Source: an uncultured archaeon (lineage in GTDB: Archaea; Asgardarchaeota; Lokiarchaeia; Sigyniarchaeales; SOKP01). From it: a stretch of DNA of 16,818 nt. Position 1 is the first letter of the stretch, and every line of letters starts with the position of its first letter. The position numbers and the translations under genes were made by a program. The stretch lies in assembly GCA_964493715.1 (NCBI GenBank), contig CAZBPC010000074.1, positions 1 to 16,818 of the forward strand. The letters are read 5' to 3'. This document shows, in pieces, positions 16,372 through 16,818 of this stretch. The notes under the pieces are model-generated. The model was given only the letters and a program-made list of their open reading frames with translations. It was not told the origin of the DNA and made no database searches.

Positions 16372-16425
16372 AATAAATGAGAATTTTGCAAAAATAAATG
16401 AGATATCTTTTAAAAATAAATGAGA
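16372..16425. repeat. Three perfect 11-bp direct repeats AATAAATGAGA upstream of pyrF
   Basis: Copies at 16372-16382, 16393-16403 and 16415-16425 (period 21 and 22 bp). Confidence 0.75.
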
Positions 16426-16513
16426 AAACCAAATTAACATTCCCCTTCTCTATTTTCATACAATTTTTAGAACCTAAAACTATGAATATAACCACTATTC
16501 CTTGATTTCTCAA

Positions 16514-16677
16514 ATAACTCTTTTAATTTTATCTCAAATAAGCAACTCTCTCATTTGATAAAATCTTTTTATTCTTATTTACTTAAAGTACTTTTCATGT
16601 ATATATCTTTTTCTAAGTAGAACAATTACTCAAATTCTTCAATAGAAATGTAAAAATATTTGATAACTCTTTTAATT
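16514..16677. repeat. Perfect 15-bp direct repeat ATAACTCTTTTAATT (2 copies)
   Basis: Copies at 16514-16528 and 16663-16677 in a non-coding AT-rich region. Confidence 0.6.
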
Positions 16678-16818
16678 ACAAAGACACTTTATTTAAATAG
16701 TGTTTATCGAACAATAAGCACTAAAATTACTGAAGTGACTTAAAAACTAGAGTAAAGGATATTAAATTAAAATTAAGATTGTGATTTTTATAATGAATTC
16801 TAAAGGCTTATTTTTAGT

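Noticed and set aside
16372-16425. Mini-CRISPR array
   Set aside because: Repeats (11 bp) and spacers (10-11 bp) are far too short, and no cas genes are present in the window.
1-16818. Genome-wide UGA reassignment (Trp or Gly code)
   Set aside because: TGA terminates the ferredoxin (4480-4478), deoA (7258-7256, after the family-typical ...MIERI end) and the 4-TM gene (15401-15403). The other long genes have no internal TGA.

Overview
AT-rich archaeal DNA, most consistent with an Asgard archaeon (Lokiarchaeia-like). That assignment is inferred from the gene content: archaeal AMP phosphorylase, expanded HEAT+LRR proteins, and selenoprotein HdrA/MvhD with a eukaryote-like SECIS. The minus strand of 1-8794 carries a tightly packed run of AMP phosphorylase, a duplicated beta-helix protein, a HEAT-LRR paralog, a ferredoxin, a divergent aldehyde:ferredoxin oxidoreductase and two more HEAT-LRR paralogs (the last is cut by the window edge). 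Next come an M24 Xaa-Pro peptidase (+), an alpha-SNAP/TPR-like plus Ig-like protein (-) and an internally duplicated 8-TM protein (-). The main result is one the ORF track misses or fragments: an hdrA-mvhD(vhuD) operon (14775-12328, minus) with four in-frame UGA codons, all at conserved Cys positions, and one kink-turn AUGA/GA SECIS-like hairpin directly after the mvhD stop. Each of the four UGAs is also followed by a possible stem-loop. The window ends with a 4-TM protein (+), pyrF (-) and a repeat-containing non-coding stretch. All translations, alignments and RNA pairings were done by eye, with no database search or folding program.
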